Source of the DNA: Gammaproteobacteria bacterium
GTDB lineage: Bacteria > Pseudomonadota > Gammaproteobacteria > CAJXQU01
Direction of reading: 5' to 3'
Assembly (NCBI GenBank): GCA_965238175.1
Contig: CBDEGZ010000003.1
Coordinates: forward strand, 2,240,001 to 2,304,000
Length of the DNA stretch: 64,000 bases
The first letter of the stretch is position 1. Every line of letters begins with the position of its first letter. The position numbers and the translations under genes were made by a program. Under the pieces are notes generated by a model. It had not been told where the DNA came from, did not search any database, and worked only from the letters and a program-made list of their open reading frames with translations. This document shows, piece after piece, positions 37,228 through 48,269 of the stretch.

Positions 37228-37246
37228 ACTAATCTATAAACCCTTT

Positions 37247-37537
37247 ATGTCGAAAGAAAATAATACAGAAATAGATAATCAAGAAACTCTACTCGAATTT
37301 CCTTGTGAATTTAGTGTTAAAGCATTTGGAATTCATGAAAATGAATTTGATCTTGTCGTTGTAGAAATTGTTTCGAATCATCTCAACAAATATTCAGATT
37401 ATTCAGTTGCTACACGTGAAAGCAGTAACGGAAAATATTTATCTGTCAGTGTAACTATCACTGCTGAAAGCAAAACACAACTCGATGCTATTTATAACGA
37501 GTTAAGTAACCACGAACGAGTCACAATGGCTTTGTGA
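37247..37537 (+). CDS. ybeD: YbeD/DUF493 family protein
   Basis: LLEFPCEFSVKAFG, SSNGKYLSV; upstream of lipB. Confidence 0.88.
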   Translation: MSKENNTEIDNQETLLEFPCEFSVKAFGIHENEFDLVVVEIVSNHLNKYSDYSVATRESSNGKYLSVSVTITAESKTQLDAIYNELSNHERVTMAL

Positions 37538-38193
37538 AAATACACATCCGGCAACTTGGTCAAACCGAATATATGCCTGTATGGGAGGCGATGCGAGAAT
37601 TCACTCAACAACGAGATGAAGATACCAATGATGAAATCTGGTTATTAGAACATCCGGCGATTTTCACACAAGGTCAAGCTGGGAAAAAAGAACACATCTT
37701 AGATCAAGGTTCCATTCCAGTTATTCACATTGATCGTGGTGGTCAAGTAACATATCACGGTCCAGGACAATTAATTTGCTATGTAATGCTTAATCTTCGA
37801 CGACTTGATTTAACTATCAAAAAATTAGTTAATTTATTAGAACAATCTATTATAGAATTACTCAAAATGTACAACATAAATTCCGATCGCCGTAATAAAT
37901 CCCCAGGTATTTATGTTGGCCAAAAAAAAATTGCTGCGCTAGGATTACGTGTACGTAAAGGCTGTACTTATCATGGCCTGTCTTTGAATATAAAAATGGA
38001 TCTGAAACCCTTTCAAAGAATTAATCCTTGTGGCTTTGCTGGAATGTCGGTAACACAACTTTCAGATCTTAGTGTTGAACAAACCTTCTCAAAAATTAAT
38101 AGTCAATTGGTTGGCATATTATGTGCTCATTTAAATTATCAATCCGAAAATATTGACTGGAAAACTGCATTGCCGGAATTCTTAAACTTATGA
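37534..38193 (+). CDS. lipB: Lipoyl(octanoyl) transferase
   Basis: [36 protein letters not shown]. Confidence 0.97.
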   Translation: MKIHIRQLGQTEYMPVWEAMREFTQQRDEDTNDEIWLLEHPAIFTQGQAGKKEHILDQGSIPVIHIDRGGQVTYHGPGQLICYVMLNLRRLDLTIKKLVNLLEQSIIELLKMYNINSDRRNKSPGIYVGQKKIAALGLRVRKGCTYHGLSLNIKMDLKPFQRINPCGFAGMSVTQLSDLSVEQTFSKINSQLVGILCAHLNYQSENIDWKTALPEFLNL

Positions 38194-39176
38194 AAATTGA
38201 TCCCCATAAAGCCCAACGTGGCGCTGATAAAGTTGCACGCATTCCAGTAAAGATTATACCAACGGAAGGCAAACTTCCCCGTAAACCAGCATGGATTAGA
38301 GCAAAAGCGCCTACTGATCCAAATGTTTTAAGAATAAAAAAATTAATCAAAGAAAAAAAATTAAATACTGTTTGCGAAGAAGCCTCTTGCCCTAATCTTG
38401 GTGAGTGCTTTGCACATGGTACTGCGACCTTTATGATCATGGGAGAGTTGTGTACCCGGCGCTGCCCTTTCTGCGATGTCGCTCATGGACGCCCTCAAGC
38501 ATTGGATGAAAACGAACCGCAAAATTTAGCCGATGCAATTCAAACAATGGGATTAAGCTATGTTGTTGTCACTTCAGTGGATCGTGATGATCTACGTGAC
38601 GGCGGCGGCGAACATTTTGCAAATTGCATTAATAAAATTCGCAAATATAATTCAACTATTAAGATCGAAATTCTAGTGCCCGATTTTCGTGGAAGAATGA
38701 AAAAAGCACTGGATAATTTAGAACAAGGTTTGCCCGATGTTTTTAATCATAATCTTGAAACCATTCCGCGTTTATATAAACAAGTTCGTCCCGGTGCAGA
38801 TTATCAATGGTCACTTGATCTGATCAAAGAATTTAAAAATCGTCATCCAACAATACCAACAAAATCAGGTCTGATGTTAGGTTTAGGTGAGACGTTAGAC
38901 GAAGTGAAGAATGTGTTACAAGATCTAAAAGATCATGGCTGCAATATGATCACATTAGGACAATATTTACAACCGACACGCCACCACCTCCCCGTAGAAC
39001 GTTTTGTCCCTCCTGAAGAATTTGGTCAGTTAAAAGATTTTGGAATCGAGCTTGGCTTTGACAATATTGCAAGTGCGCCAATGGTGAGATCTTCTTACCA
39101 TGCAGATCTTCAAGCAGGCCAGCAATCAAATCAAAGTTCTCGTCAAGGTTTTAGCCAAAATTCTGTTCAACCATAA
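38190..39176 (+). CDS. lipA: Lipoyl synthase
   Basis: [12 protein letters not shown] and CTRRCPFC motifs, RSSYHA. Confidence 0.98.
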   Translation: MKIDPHKAQRGADKVARIPVKIIPTEGKLPRKPAWIRAKAPTDPNVLRIKKLIKEKKLNTVCEEASCPNLGECFAHGTATFMIMGELCTRRCPFCDVAHGRPQALDENEPQNLADAIQTMGLSYVVVTSVDRDDLRDGGGEHFANCINKIRKYNSTIKIEILVPDFRGRMKKALDNLEQGLPDVFNHNLETIPRLYKQVRPGADYQWSLDLIKEFKNRHPTIPTKSGLMLGLGETLDEVKNVLQDLKDHGCNMITLGQYLQPTRHHLPVERFVPPEEFGQLKDFGIELGFDNIASAPMVRSSYHADLQAGQQSNQSSRQGFSQNSVQP

Positions 39177-39956
39177 TTGGAAACCTCTCTGCTTTACATC
39201 ATCAAAGCTTTTATTCTTCCTCCCGGAATAAATATTTTATTACTAACATTTGGGTTTGTGTTTTTAAATAAATATAAAAAGTTCTGTCGTTTTCTTGTTC
39301 TCCTTTCGATAGCTTCTTTATTCCTTTTAAGTACCAATATGGTCAGTCGTCAATTGGCAGCTACGCTTGAAACAATAGCGCCACTTCACCCCGATCTTTC
39401 TTCATTATCTGATCAAACTGGCACCAAACCACAAGCGATTGTTATACTCAGTGGAGGTCATTATGATGTTATGCCTGAATATGGTATCTCTGTTCCACAA
39501 GCCGCTGTGCTTGAACGGATAAGGTATGCAATGCACATCCAACGCCAAACCAATTTACCTATTTTAATCACAGGTGGAAAGGTATCTTCTACCAATCAAT
39601 CCGAAGCATGGATTATAAATCAAGTTTTGCTTAATGACTTTCAAATTGGAGCAAAATGGTTAGAAGAAGAAAGTCACAATACCGCAGAAAATGCCGAGTA
39701 TAGTTTTAATATTCTTAATCAAGAAAAGATCCAACACATCTATCTTGTGACCCATACTTCACACATGAGTAGAGCTGCAAATATTTTCCAGAAAAATGGG
39801 TTCACTGTAACACCAGCACCAACAATATTTTTATCTAAAGAAGGTGATCTAACAGATTTAATGCAATGGCTACCAACGTCATATTTTTTAGCCTCTAGTC
39901 GTAATAGTTTGCATGAAATACTCGGCCATTGGTGGTACAAACTACGCCATCATTAA
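39177..39956 (+). CDS. YdcF/ElyC (DUF218) family protein
   Basis: AIVILSGG, ILITGG, EEESHNTAENA, LVTHTSHMSRA, HEILG. Confidence 0.88.
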   Translation: METSLLYIIKAFILPPGINILLLTFGFVFLNKYKKFCRFLVLLSIASLFLLSTNMVSRQLAATLETIAPLHPDLSSLSDQTGTKPQAIVILSGGHYDVMPEYGISVPQAAVLERIRYAMHIQRQTNLPILITGGKVSSTNQSEAWIINQVLLNDFQIGAKWLEEESHNTAENAEYSFNILNQEKIQHIYLVTHTSHMSRAANIFQKNGFTVTPAPTIFLSKEGDLTDLMQWLPTSYFLASSRNSLHEILGHWWYKLRHH

Positions 39957-40043
39957 CTAAGAGGCTGAGATCAATAAATCAAAAAATGATCTGTCTAATT
40001 CACCTCAAATATTTCCAAGTAAAAACAACTCCATTTCCAACTC

Positions 40044-41180
40044 TTAAATTATAATCAACTCAGCTCTCAAAGCTCCTGATTGTTTTAAAGCTTCCAGAAT
40101 AGCAACCAGATCGCCCGGCGCTGCACCGACACTGTTTACGGCATTGACGATATCTTTTAAAGATACACCGGGATCAAAAAGGAACATTTTCGCATCCTCT
40201 TGTTCAACCAAAATATCTTGATTATCTATCACCACAGTTTCTCCATTAGACAAAGGTTCTGGTTGACTGACAATAGGATTATTACTGATCGTTACTGTCA
40301 AACTTCCATGTGTTACAGCCGCAGCAGAAACCATTGCATTTCGACCAATAACAATTGTTCCCGTTCGTGCATTGACAATAATTTTTGCAGCACCTTCCCC
40401 TGGTACAAAGGTGAGATTCTCTACCATAGAAACAAAGCTAACACGCTGTGTATTATCTTTTGGTGCAATGACACTGATCGAGGAACCGTCAATAGTGACG
40501 GCGCTACCCGAGCCCAAGTTTTCATTAATCACTTCTGCCATTCTTGTTGCTGTCGTAAAGTCTGGTTCATGTAAGTTAAAAACAATATGATTTCCATGCC
40601 CAAAAGAATTTGGTACAACTCTTTCAACGGTTGCACCATTAGGTATTCGACCAACACTGGGTACATTCACCGAGATCCTCGATCCATCCGAAGACTCTGC
40701 ACCAAATCCACTAACGACTAAACTACCTTGAGAGATCGCATAAACTTGACCGTCAGCTCCTTTCAAAGGTGCCATTATTAAATTACCGCCACGTAAGCTC
40801 TCTGCATCACCTAAAGAAGAAGCCGTAACATCAATTTTTTGCCCGGGTTTTGAAAAAGGCGGCAAGGTAGCATGCAAGATAACGGCTGCAACATTATCCA
40901 AACTTGGATCTACTTCAATCGGAATAGTAACACCCAATTGATTGAGCATGCTTTTTACACTTTGTACTGTAAAAGGCGCTGAACTAGAACTATCACCGGT
41001 TCCATCAAGCCCCACTACGAGCCCATAACCTACTAATTGATTATCGCGAACACCGGAAACAGAAGTAAGATCTTTAATTCTATCTGCCGCAGAATTCTGG
41101 GAAAATAGGGTGAAAAAAGCACAGAACAAAAATTTAATATGCCATTGTGATTTCATAGGTAAATTCATAGTTGATCTCAT
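40044..41180 (-). CDS. flgI: Flagellar P-ring protein
   Basis: RIKDL..V.GVRDNQLVGYGLVVGLDGTGD; ILEALKQSGALRAEL. Confidence 0.97.
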   Translation of the reverse strand: MRSTMNLPMKSQWHIKFLFCAFFTLFSQNSAADRIKDLTSVSGVRDNQLVGYGLVVGLDGTGDSSSSAPFTVQSVKSMLNQLGVTIPIEVDPSLDNVAAVILHATLPPFSKPGQKIDVTASSLGDAESLRGGNLIMAPLKGADGQVYAISQGSLVVSGFGAESSDGSRISVNVPSVGRIPNGATVERVVPNSFGHGNHIVFNLHEPDFTTATRMAEVINENLGSGSAVTIDGSSISVIAPKDNTQRVSFVSMVENLTFVPGEGAAKIIVNARTGTIVIGRNAMVSAAAVTHGSLTVTISNNPIVSQPEPLSNGETVVIDNQDILVEQEDAKMFLFDPGVSLKDIVNAVNSVGAAPGDLVAILEALKQSGALRAELIII

Positions 41181-41207
41181 TGATTTAGAGGTCTTAAATT
41201 TAAAAAT

Positions 41208-41954
41208 CTAAAATAGGCTCCATTTGCCAATAAAGAAACGCGCTAACCAACCCATTCTATTTGAGTCAGCAATAGTGCCATCACCGCTATAGATAATGGT
41301 CGCGTCGGCAAGTTTAGTTGATGCAAGTGTGTTATCCGGCCCAATGTCATAACGACGGACAATGCCAGCAATTTTGATATATTCATTACCTTCATTAAAA
41401 TTCAAACGTTTTTCCCCGCGAACGACCAGATTACCATTCGCTAAAACATCTGAAACTGTGACCGTAATATCACCTGTTAAGCTATTACTTTGATTACTAG
41501 TACCAGATCCACTAAAGCTATGATCAGAACTGAAATCGGTACTTAGAGTATTATCAGTATTGCTGACCAGTGGTAAAAATCCTGGTGCATTAAATAGAGG
41601 TGATGATCCCAGTAACGTAGGATTTTCTATAGTTGTTTCCTGAGTTCGTGCAGAATCGGTATTCGCCGATTTTGTTGCATTTGTTCTTTCTTGCAGAGTG
41701 ATCGTAATCGTATCGCCGATCCGTCGCGCTTTTAGATCTTCAAATAAGATAATTTCTTGGCCAGCCTTATAAATCCCACCGGTCACCAATTCCTCATCTT
41801 GTTCTTGACGATAGTTTACAATCGGTAAACTCGGTGCAAATTCCGGATCATGTTTGGGTGCAGAGCTGCATCCAGTCAACATACTCAGTATGAAAAAAAG
41901 CACCGTGCCATAATAAATAAGAGGCAGTTTTTTTTCGTTCATAATTAATCTCAA
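41208..41954 (-). CDS. flgH: Flagellar L-ring protein
   Basis: LTGC lipobox, LFED.KA.RIGD, NGNLVVRGEK, GWLARFF. Confidence 0.96.
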   Translation of the reverse strand: MRLIMNEKKLPLIYYGTVLFFILSMLTGCSSAPKHDPEFAPSLPIVNYRQEQDEELVTGGIYKAGQEIILFEDLKARRIGDTITITLQERTNATKSANTDSARTQETTIENPTLLGSSPLFNAPGFLPLVSNTDNTLSTDFSSDHSFSGSGTSNQSNSLTGDITVTVSDVLANGNLVVRGEKRLNFNEGNEYIKIAGIVRRYDIGPDNTLASTKLADATIIYSGDGTIADSNRMGWLARFFIGKWSLF

Positions 41955-41998
41955 TTGATTCTTAATGCTGGGCTATAAAGATACTCGGCTATCAAAAC

Positions 41999-42787
41999 CT
42001 ATAAGTTCTGACCTACGTACTGCAACATTTGATCCACTGTTGAAATTGCCTTGGAGTTTATTTCATAAGCACGCTGGGTTTCGATCATATTGACCAGTTC
42101 TTCAACAACATTGACGTTAGAACTTTCTAATGCACCTTGGGCTAATAAGCCTAATCCATTCGTTCCAGGAATAGCCGATGTAGGCGCTCCACTGGCGAGT
42201 GTTTCTCTAAAGGCATTTTCTCCAATGGGTTGCAAACCGGCGGGATTAACAAAATCGGTCAGATTGATCGTGCCAACAGTTTGTGGTTGAGCTTGGCCAA
42301 GAACTTGAACCGTCACTGTACCATCTGATCCGATAGTTACACTTTGTGCTTGATCATCTATATCAATTTGATCGTTCAATAATTCGTATCCAGAAGAGTT
42401 CACCATGATGCCTTCATCACTCAACTCAAACGAGCCATCACGGGTGTATCCTGAGCTTCCATCAGGTAGTTCAATTTCAAAAAAGCCCCTACCCTGAATC
42501 GCCAGATCCAAAGAATTTCCAGTTTGCACCATATTGCCTTGTGCGTGAATTTTTTCAGTCGACACAACTCGAACACCTGTGCCCAGCATAAGTCCTGAAG
42601 GCAACTCTGAGTTCTGTGATGAAGAAGCTCCCGGTTGGCGGACGGTTTGATACATCAAATCTTCAAATGAAGCTCGTCCACGTTTAAAACCTGTTGTACT
42701 AACATTGGCCAGATTATTGGAGATTACGCCTATTCTTGTTTGTTGAGCATCCAACCCTGTTTTTGCAATCCATAAAGCAGGTACCAT
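41999..42787 (-). CDS. flgG: Flagellar distal rod protein
   Basis: [44 protein letters not shown]. Confidence 0.97.
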   Translation of the reverse strand: MVPALWIAKTGLDAQQTRIGVISNNLANVSTTGFKRGRASFEDLMYQTVRQPGASSSQNSELPSGLMLGTGVRVVSTEKIHAQGNMVQTGNSLDLAIQGRGFFEIELPDGSSGYTRDGSFELSDEGIMVNSSGYELLNDQIDIDDQAQSVTIGSDGTVTVQVLGQAQPQTVGTINLTDFVNPAGLQPIGENAFRETLASGAPTSAIPGTNGLGLLAQGALESSNVNVVEELVNMIETQRAYEINSKAISTVDQMLQYVGQNL

Positions 42788-42882
42788 CTTAAATCTCCTT
42801 TTACTTTGCTGATTTTTTTAAAATAAAAATCTTTAAAATCTAACTTAAAAACTATCTCCAGTTCTGCTGTGGCCAATCTTTC

Positions 42883-43623
42883 TTATGAAAGTCTCATCGT
42901 TTGAGCAGCGGCAGCGTCAACCTCTTCGACTGTTTCCATTGCCTTAATCTGCATTTCAAACTGACGTTGTAAATTGATCATATTCACCATTTCTCCAACC
43001 GCACTAACGTTACTGGCCTCCAATGAACCGGGAGCGACTCTGACAACCGCATCAACTTCAGCCTCACTGCCATTCTTCATCCGAAAAAGACCATCAACGC
43101 CTTTTTGCAATTCAGAAAGTTGCGGATTAACTAATTTAATCCTATCAACCTGTACGGCGGTATTCACCGCCTGACCTAATGGTCGAATTGAAATAGTACC
43201 TGAGACACCAATCTCCAGTGATTCAGCTTGCGGTAAAGCAATTGGACCACCATTACCAAGAATCAATTGTCCAGCCCCATTTTCCAGCAAGCCATTAGCA
43301 TTCAGTTGCATATCCCCTCGACGGGTATAGGCTTCCGATCCATCTGCTGCTTGAACTGCAATAAAACCATCGCCATTAATGGCAATATCGAGTCTATTCC
43401 CTGTGTATTGAGCTGAACCCTGCGCATAATTAATTCCAGGGCGTTCTGTCAGCGCATATACCCGTGATGCATGTCCGTCGCCAAACACCGGCATACTTCG
43501 TGCGGCAGCCAGATCCGCCTTAAAACCGGTGGTACTCACATTCGCAAGATTATGTACCGAGATCGCCTGTGCATTCATGGTTTGTTTAGCACCCGACATT
43601 GCGAGATAGAGCATTCGATCCAT
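42883..43623 (-). CDS. flgF: Flagellar proximal rod protein
   Basis: [25 protein letters not shown]. Confidence 0.96.
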   Translation of the reverse strand: MDRMLYLAMSGAKQTMNAQAISVHNLANVSTTGFKADLAAARSMPVFGDGHASRVYALTERPGINYAQGSAQYTGNRLDIAINGDGFIAVQAADGSEAYTRRGDMQLNANGLLENGAGQLILGNGGPIALPQAESLEIGVSGTISIRPLGQAVNTAVQVDRIKLVNPQLSELQKGVDGLFRMKNGSEAEVDAVVRVAPGSLEASNVSAVGEMVNMINLQRQFEMQIKAMETVEEVDAAAAQTMRLS

Positions 43624-43672
43624 GACTATTTCCTATTCTTGCCTATTAATAAATTAATCAATGAACTATTAA

Positions 43673-44890
43673 TTAAATATTAATCACAGTTTGTGTAATC
43701 GTATCAGCCGTCGTTATTGCTTGTGCATTGGCCTGGAAATTACGTTGCGCCACAATCAATGCTACTAGTTGCTCAGTTAAATCGACATTCGACTCTTCTA
43801 ACGCACCCGATCTTAATGTTCCAACACCAGAAGAGCCTGGTGCTGATGCTTGTCCTGGCCTTCCTGAATCGTTTGTTTCTGCAAAAGCATTACCACCTAA
43901 TTGCAAAAGCCCTTGAGGATTCTGAAATCTGGTCATAACTATCTGCCCCTGAACGATGGGATCACCAGTGTTATAATTCGCTGATATAATTCCTTCATCA
44001 TCAATACTCAAACCATTAAAAAGCCCAGCAGCATTCCCATTCTGGTTCACTGCGTTAGAAGTGAAACCATTTCCGAACTGTGTTGTGCCGGTATAATCGA
44101 ATGCCAAATTCAATGGAGCTGCACCAGAACCGGGAATTGTATATGCAGGCAAGGCCGCTGTATTACTGGCTCCCACGTCCAATGCTCCCGAGGTATCAAA
44201 TACAAGAGTATGATTTCCCGGTATTAAGTTGCCATCAATCGAAACTTGGCTATTCCAGGTGTTTGCACCTGTTTTTTGATAATAAAGTGAAGTCGGGTGA
44301 GAATTCCCTAAAGAATCGAAAATTGTAAGCGACGTCGAATGATTAAAGCTGGTTGTGTCATCTACATCTATCGGAGGAACTGGTGCGAAAGTCGTCGCAC
44401 CTACATCAAGATTCAAACTAAGATCCAGGTTTGTTGTTGCTACCGGATCAGAAGCACTTGTATTTATCTGTAATGGACCAGTTACATTAGTTATATTCCC
44501 TGAAGCATCAACTTGATTAGTCACTAAACGTTGTTGTTGTGCATTGACAATAAACCCATCTCTATCTAATCCAAATTCACCAGCACGAGAATAAACACGT
44601 GAATCCTGATCTTCTAAGATAAAAAACCCCTCACCATCGATCGCTAAATCTAACACCTTCTCCGTTGTGGTAATATTTCCCTGACTAAACTGTTGCGAAA
44701 TTCGCGAAATGGTAACACCGTTTCCTGTTGCATTTTCTGATACACCTGTCTGGCTAACCGCAAAAATATCTGCAAACTCTGCACGACCTTGTTTAAAACC
44801 AGTTGTACTTGAATTTGCAATATTATTTCCTATTGTTTCTAAATGTGCTTGTGAGGCTCTTAAACCACTAATTGATGTTTGAAAAGTCAT
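43673..44890 (-). CDS. flgE: Flagellar hook protein
   Basis: IGNNIANSSTTGFK, LEESNVDLTEQLV..IVAQRNFQANA. Confidence 0.96.
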   Translation of the reverse strand: MTFQTSISGLRASQAHLETIGNNIANSSTTGFKQGRAEFADIFAVSQTGVSENATGNGVTISRISQQFSQGNITTTEKVLDLAIDGEGFFILEDQDSRVYSRAGEFGLDRDGFIVNAQQQRLVTNQVDASGNITNVTGPLQINTSASDPVATTNLDLSLNLDVGATTFAPVPPIDVDDTTSFNHSTSLTIFDSLGNSHPTSLYYQKTGANTWNSQVSIDGNLIPGNHTLVFDTSGALDVGASNTAALPAYTIPGSGAAPLNLAFDYTGTTQFGNGFTSNAVNQNGNAAGLFNGLSIDDEGIISANYNTGDPIVQGQIVMTRFQNPQGLLQLGGNAFAETNDSGRPGQASAPGSSGVGTLRSGALEESNVDLTEQLVALIVAQRNFQANAQAITTADTITQTVINI

Positions 44891-44916
44891 TATATATTCC
44901 TTCTAAGTGTTTAATA

Positions 44917-45591
44917 TTACTGTACTTGTTTGACCTTATCTATCCCAATAGAACCTATTCCTGCCAGATTCAACAAAGGACCACTTGCGCCTGATAAGGT
45001 GACGCTATCAACTTTAGCTTTTAGCTGCGTAGTCACTAGTTTATTTTCACCATCAATTGAAGCTTCTGCACTAATTGAATATTTCCCTGCAGGAACTGCC
45101 TTATCACTTTCATCTAATCCACTCCACTTAAAATTAACACTACCTTCTGATTGGGTACCAAGTTTCAATTCTTTCACTACCTGCCCCGATGAGTTTTTGA
45201 TCAATAGGTTAAGTTCACTGGTAGAACTGCTCAGCTCAACCGCACCTTCAACCGCACCACCCGCCTTAATATCAATGGTATTGGCCGGCACTAAAACTTC
45301 GCGTCCAACTAAAGTAGATGCTTGCAATGCTTGGTTGGATTGTAGGGAACTAGACAATGTGCTGAACGAATTCTGTAACTCAGTTATTCCATTAACCGTA
45401 CCAAATTGGGCTAACTGACTAAGAAAATCAGCATTATCTACTGGCTTGGTTGGATCTTGGTTATTGAGTTGAGCAACCATTAGTTCCAAAAACTCATTTT
45501 GGCCAAGGTTATTATTGCCTGCACTTTCTTTCGATTTATTGATCGAAAGTGCTTCAGCACCTTGTCCAATACTTTTAACTGGACTTTCCAT
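44917..45591 (-). CDS. flgD: Flagellar hook cap protein
   Basis: FLELMVAQLNNQDPTKP.DN..F.SQLAQF. Confidence 0.96.
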   Translation of the reverse strand: MESPVKSIGQGAEALSINKSKESAGNNNLGQNEFLELMVAQLNNQDPTKPVDNADFLSQLAQFGTVNGITELQNSFSTLSSSLQSNQALQASTLVGREVLVPANTIDIKAGGAVEGAVELSSSTSELNLLIKNSSGQVVKELKLGTQSEGSVNFKWSGLDESDKAVPAGKYSISAEASIDGENKLVTTQLKAKVDSVTLSGASGPLLNLAGIGSIGIDKVKQVQ

Positions 45592-45608
45592 TTTAATTAC
45601 CTCTCACT

Positions 45609-46031
45609 TTAACCACGACCAATACGCAGTGTTTCACTCAACATTTGTTTGGATGTGTTAATCATTTCGACATTTGTTTGATAATTTCTTGAGGCAGCGA
45701 TCATATTTGCCATCTCTTCAATGATGTTGACGTTAGGACGGTAGATATAACCTTCTTCATCAGCAAGTGGATTGCCTGGTTGGAATTCACGACTTGCAGG
45801 GACTTGACTCTCAACAATACCCTCGACTCGAACACCACCGACAGCACCCGACTCTCCAAAGTTAAAATCATCCATAATAGTGGCAAAAACCGGATGTCTT
45901 GCCTGATATGTTTTATCAATACTGCTACTGATCGCATCGGCATTTGCCATGTTGCTTGCCGTCACGTTTAACCGTATAGACTGAGCACTCATTGCCGTAC
46001 CTGAAATATTAAAAACGTTCATCAATGACAT
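45609..46031 (-). CDS. flgC: Flagellar basal-body rod protein
   Basis: SAQSIRLNVTASNMANA, PNVNIIEEMANMI.ASR.YQ.N. Confidence 0.97.
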   Translation of the reverse strand: MSLMNVFNISGTAMSAQSIRLNVTASNMANADAISSSIDKTYQARHPVFATIMDDFNFGESGAVGGVRVEGIVESQVPASREFQPGNPLADEEGYIYRPNVNIIEEMANMIAASRNYQTNVEMINTSKQMLSETLRIGRG

Positions 46032-46033
46032 GA

Positions 46034-46423
46034 TTATTCTCCTTTAATTGCACTAAGCAATCCGGATACTTTCCCATTTAAAAATCTGACACTGGCCTGA
46101 TATTGCAGCGCATTTCGAGTAAATTCCGCCCGCTCTGTTTGTATATCTACCGTATTACCATCAATAGAAAGCTGCTCTGTTTGACGATACATTAGATCAT
46201 GCCCCATCAATTCTGCTTCTCCTGCATATATATGATTTTCTTGCGTCATTTTCATTTCTGATTTCCCTGACACAGCACTTTGTAGCGCTTCCTGGAAATC
46301 AAAATCACGGGCTAGGTAATTCGGCGTCTCAGCATTGGCAATATTTGTTGCTAACACTTCTGCGCGATGAGTTCGCAAACTCATTGCTTTTGCATGTAGT
46401 CCGAGTGCACTGTCTAAATTCAT
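46034..46423 (-). CDS. flgB: Flagellar basal-body rod protein
   Basis: RAEVLATNIANAETPNYLARD, DGNTVD. Confidence 0.97.
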   Translation of the reverse strand: MNLDSALGLHAKAMSLRTHRAEVLATNIANAETPNYLARDFDFQEALQSAVSGKSEMKMTQENHIYAGEAELMGHDLMYRQTEQLSIDGNTVDIQTERAEFTRNALQYQASVRFLNGKVSGLLSAIKGE

Positions 46424-46460
46424 TTGTTGCTCCAGAATATTTTCTATCTTGGCAGATACA

Positions 46461-46478
46461 TAGCATAGGCCGTGCCAG
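46461..46478 (-). promoter_or_regulatory. Sigma54 (-24/-12) promoter of flgB operon
   Basis: Minus strand CTGGCACGGCCTATGCTA; (C/T)GGCAA repeats at 46534, 46541, 46563 upstream. Confidence 0.8.
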
Positions 46479-46605
46479 AAACAATTAAGCTATAGTTTTC
46501 AAATAGATAGTCCATGTATTGCTGAATCCAGAATGGCAAGCGGCAAGGAGTCGCCGAGTAAACGGCAAAGGGTGGTCATATCAAGATCACAGTGACTTTA
46601 TAACC

Positions 46606-46633
46606 TCAAGGAATAAGTGGTGGTTGCCGATAC
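46606..46633 (+). promoter_or_regulatory. Candidate sigma28 (FliA) promoter of the diguanylate cyclase gene
   Basis: TCAAG-15 bp-GCCGATA about 40 bp upstream of ATG 46674. Confidence 0.6.
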
Positions 46634-47043
46634 GCGTAGATAACATTATTAAAAATTGTGATCGGTAAACATTATGGACTATTCTCAAACGATATCGTTG
46701 AGATTAACTAAACAGTCTTCCACATTAAATTTAACAACTACACTCAAGAACGAATTTGAAAATTTGCCTTTTGTAAACCACGTCAAGGTATATCGGGTAT
46801 TCAGCCTTGAAAAGAACTTGTATGACAAAAACACAATAGAAATTTATGATCACACGAATAAGGTTCTCGATCCTTACTGGTTAGCATATTGGCCCAAGAA
46901 TGAATATGAATTCACCAATCCTATTAGAATTAAATCTGCAGATAATTTGGATAATGAACAAATTGATCTTTATTTACTAAAAGAGTCTGGACAAACATTA
47001 AAGCTGGTTGAATTACATTCACAACAAGCTACTGAAGCTGATA

Positions 47044-48269
47044 TGTAGAAATTCAGACTTGATCTGACAGTTACCCCTTTTTCTGTAACTGACTGTCAGG
47101 TTAAGTTTAGTTCAAAAACTTTTCCTTCCAGATAGCTTGTCCGTCGATGAGTGTTTCCATCGGCGTCCTCCCGCAGCACATTTTGCCTTGGTGAGTTCGT
47201 TGAGTATTGTATTTGAGCAACCATTCGTCAAGGTCGAGTTGCAGTTCATCAATCGATTGGTAAATTTTCTTACGCAAAGCGACTTGATAAAACTCATTGA
47301 GGATCGTCTTATGGAATCGCTCACAAATACCATTCGTCTGAGGTGATTTGACCTTGGTTTTGGTGTGTTCGATATTGTTCAACGCCATATAAAGCTGATA
47401 ATCATGCTGGTCAGCTCGCCCACAATACTCCGTCCCTCTATCTGTCAAAATGCGCAACATAGGCAAACGTTGTTGTTCGTAGAATGGGAGGACGCGGTCA
47501 TTGAGCATGTCAGCTGCCGTAATCGGTGTTTTAGTCGGGTACAGTTTCGCGTGAGCGACCTTGCTGTAAGTATCAACAAACGTTTGTTGATAAACCCGAC
47601 CAATGCCTTTGAAAGTACCGACATAGTAAGTATCTTGCGAGCCAAGATAACCAGGGTGTGCCGTCTCTATCTCGCCACAAGCCTCATCGTCGTCTTTCTT
47701 GCGTTCCATCGCCGCGACTTGAGACTCAGTGAGGATCAAGCCTTCACCAGCTACCTTATCAGACAATGCCTTCAGGCGATCTTTAAAGCAAGCAAGACCA
47801 TGACGAAGCCAGATACAACGAACGCCACTGGGTGAGACAAATGTTCCCCGTTTGCGCAGCTCGTTACTGGTGCGCGTTTGACCATGTGCGGGCTCTTCCA
47901 GTGCATACTCGAGCACAACGGTTTCAATAGCCGGGTCGATTCTGTTTTTAAGATTTGGGGTACGCCGATTACGATCAAACAAGGCTTCTACACCGCCTTC
48001 ATCAGCCGCTTCTTTGTAGCGATAAAATGTATCTCTGGACAAACCCATCATCTTGCAGGCTTTTGAGACATTGCCGAGTTCTTCAGCGAGATTGAGTAGA
48101 CCAACTTTATGTTTTATAACTTTGTCATTAGTATGAATCATGAGAGTTACCTCTTTGTGTTTTGATGTTTACGTTGCAGTTACATCAAAGCGGGTAACTC
48201 TCACTAAATCAAGCGTCGCTACGCTCCGCTTGATTTAGTGATGTGTCAGATTGGGTCTAAACTTCTACA
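47044..48269 (-). mobile_element. IS481-family insertion sequence (1226 bp)
   Basis: 26-bp imperfect IRs starting TGTAGAA (21/26 match); flanking 7-bp direct repeat GCTGATA (47037-43, 48270-76). Confidence 0.95.
47107..48141 (-). CDS. IS481-family DDE transposase
   Basis: LAEELGNVSKAC HTH, GSQDTYYVG, LTDRGTEYCG, PQTNGICERFHKT. Confidence 0.95.
   Translation of the reverse strand: MIHTNDKVIKHKVGLLNLAEELGNVSKACKMMGLSRDTFYRYKEAADEGGVEALFDRNRRTPNLKNRIDPAIETVVLEYALEEPAHGQTRTSNELRKRGTFVSPSGVRCIWLRHGLACFKDRLKALSDKVAGEGLILTESQVAAMERKKDDDEACGEIETAHPGYLGSQDTYYVGTFKGIGRVYQQTFVDTYSKVAHAKLYPTKTPITAADMLNDRVLPFYEQQRLPMLRILTDRGTEYCGRADQHDYQLYMALNNIEHTKTKVKSPQTNGICERFHKTILNEFYQVALRKKIYQSIDELQLDLDEWLLKYNTQRTHQGKMCCGRTPMETLIDGQAIWKEKFLN

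Noticed and set aside
46674-47048. Independent 124-aa gene (and separate 48390-48884 gene)
   Set aside because: Both are halves of one cyclase split by IS481; the stop at 47046-48 lies inside the IS
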